Under the pieces are notes generated by a model. The model made no database searches. It worked only from the letters and a program-made list of their open reading frames with translations, and was not told the DNA's origin. Of a stretch of 64,000 nt of DNA, positions 63,491-64,000 are shown piece after piece (within the stretch, counting starts at the first letter, position 1; every line of letters starts with the position of its first letter). This DNA is from Octopus vulgaris (Eukaryota). Location of the stretch: NCBI GenBank assembly GCA_951406725.2, contig OX597831.1, positions 6,634,001-6,698,000 of the forward strand, in the 5' to 3' direction. A program made the translations under genes and the position numbers.

Positions 63491-64000
63491 GCATATCTAT
63501 AAAGTGTTCATTCCTGAATTACTTGAGACAACAAATATAAACCACATATATAATATATATAAAACGGCCAACTCAATATGATTGAGGTCCAACAGACTTC
63601 AGAAGAAATATAAAAATAGTATTTTTTAAAGGTCAATGGAAAGCATTCCTCAGTTATTGAATTGTATTCTTTTTCAAGTAAGTTTGGGATATTTTCCCAG
63701 TTGATGCCAAAGACAAAGTGATAAGCCAACAACCCCTACAATATAAGGAGTCCTACATCAAACTTTGACCAATGTTTCCCAAGCATGTCACCAAAAGTCT
63801 GAAATATAAAAATAAGAACAAATATAGGCACAAGGTCTAAGATTTTATGGGAAGGGGTTAACTGATTACATCAACCCCAGTACTCAACTGCTACTTATCT
63901 CATCGACCCCCAAAGGATGAAAGCCAAAGTTGACTTTGGTGGAATTTGAACTCATGATGTAAAGACACAGGAAATGCCACTACATATTTTGTCCACCACA

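Noticed and set aside
63629-63682. Plus-strand micro-exon candidate ending TTCAA|GTAAGT
   Set aside because: Weak acceptor, no recognisable peptide and no partner exons.

Overview
An AT-rich, repeat-saturated eukaryotic window. The SINE, MITE and microsatellite families look like those of octopus (cephalopod) genomes; this is my recognition, not a database result. I found no intact protein-coding gene: every listed ORF is a microsatellite translation, a SINE read-through or a decayed transposon fragment. The window holds at least four tRNA-derived or non-autonomous retroposon families, two MITE families (GGATC-ended with 8-bp TSDs, some carrying TTAGGG tracts; and TTAA-flanked piggyBac-type), coding remnants of RTE, HERO-type, R4-type, Penelope-like and mariner elements, a Helitron-like piece and many satellites. 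Highlights: (1) minimal hammerhead-ribozyme-like motifs, several with non-canonical cores, two families sitting in long inverted repeats; (2) a MITE-bounded 593-bp inverted duplication that captured about 250 bp of neighbouring DNA; (3) minus-strand promoter and splice signals near 22.5, 36.1 and 52.5 kb, suggesting alternative 5' ends of a large gene whose CDS lies outside the window. Ends of decayed repeats are approximate.
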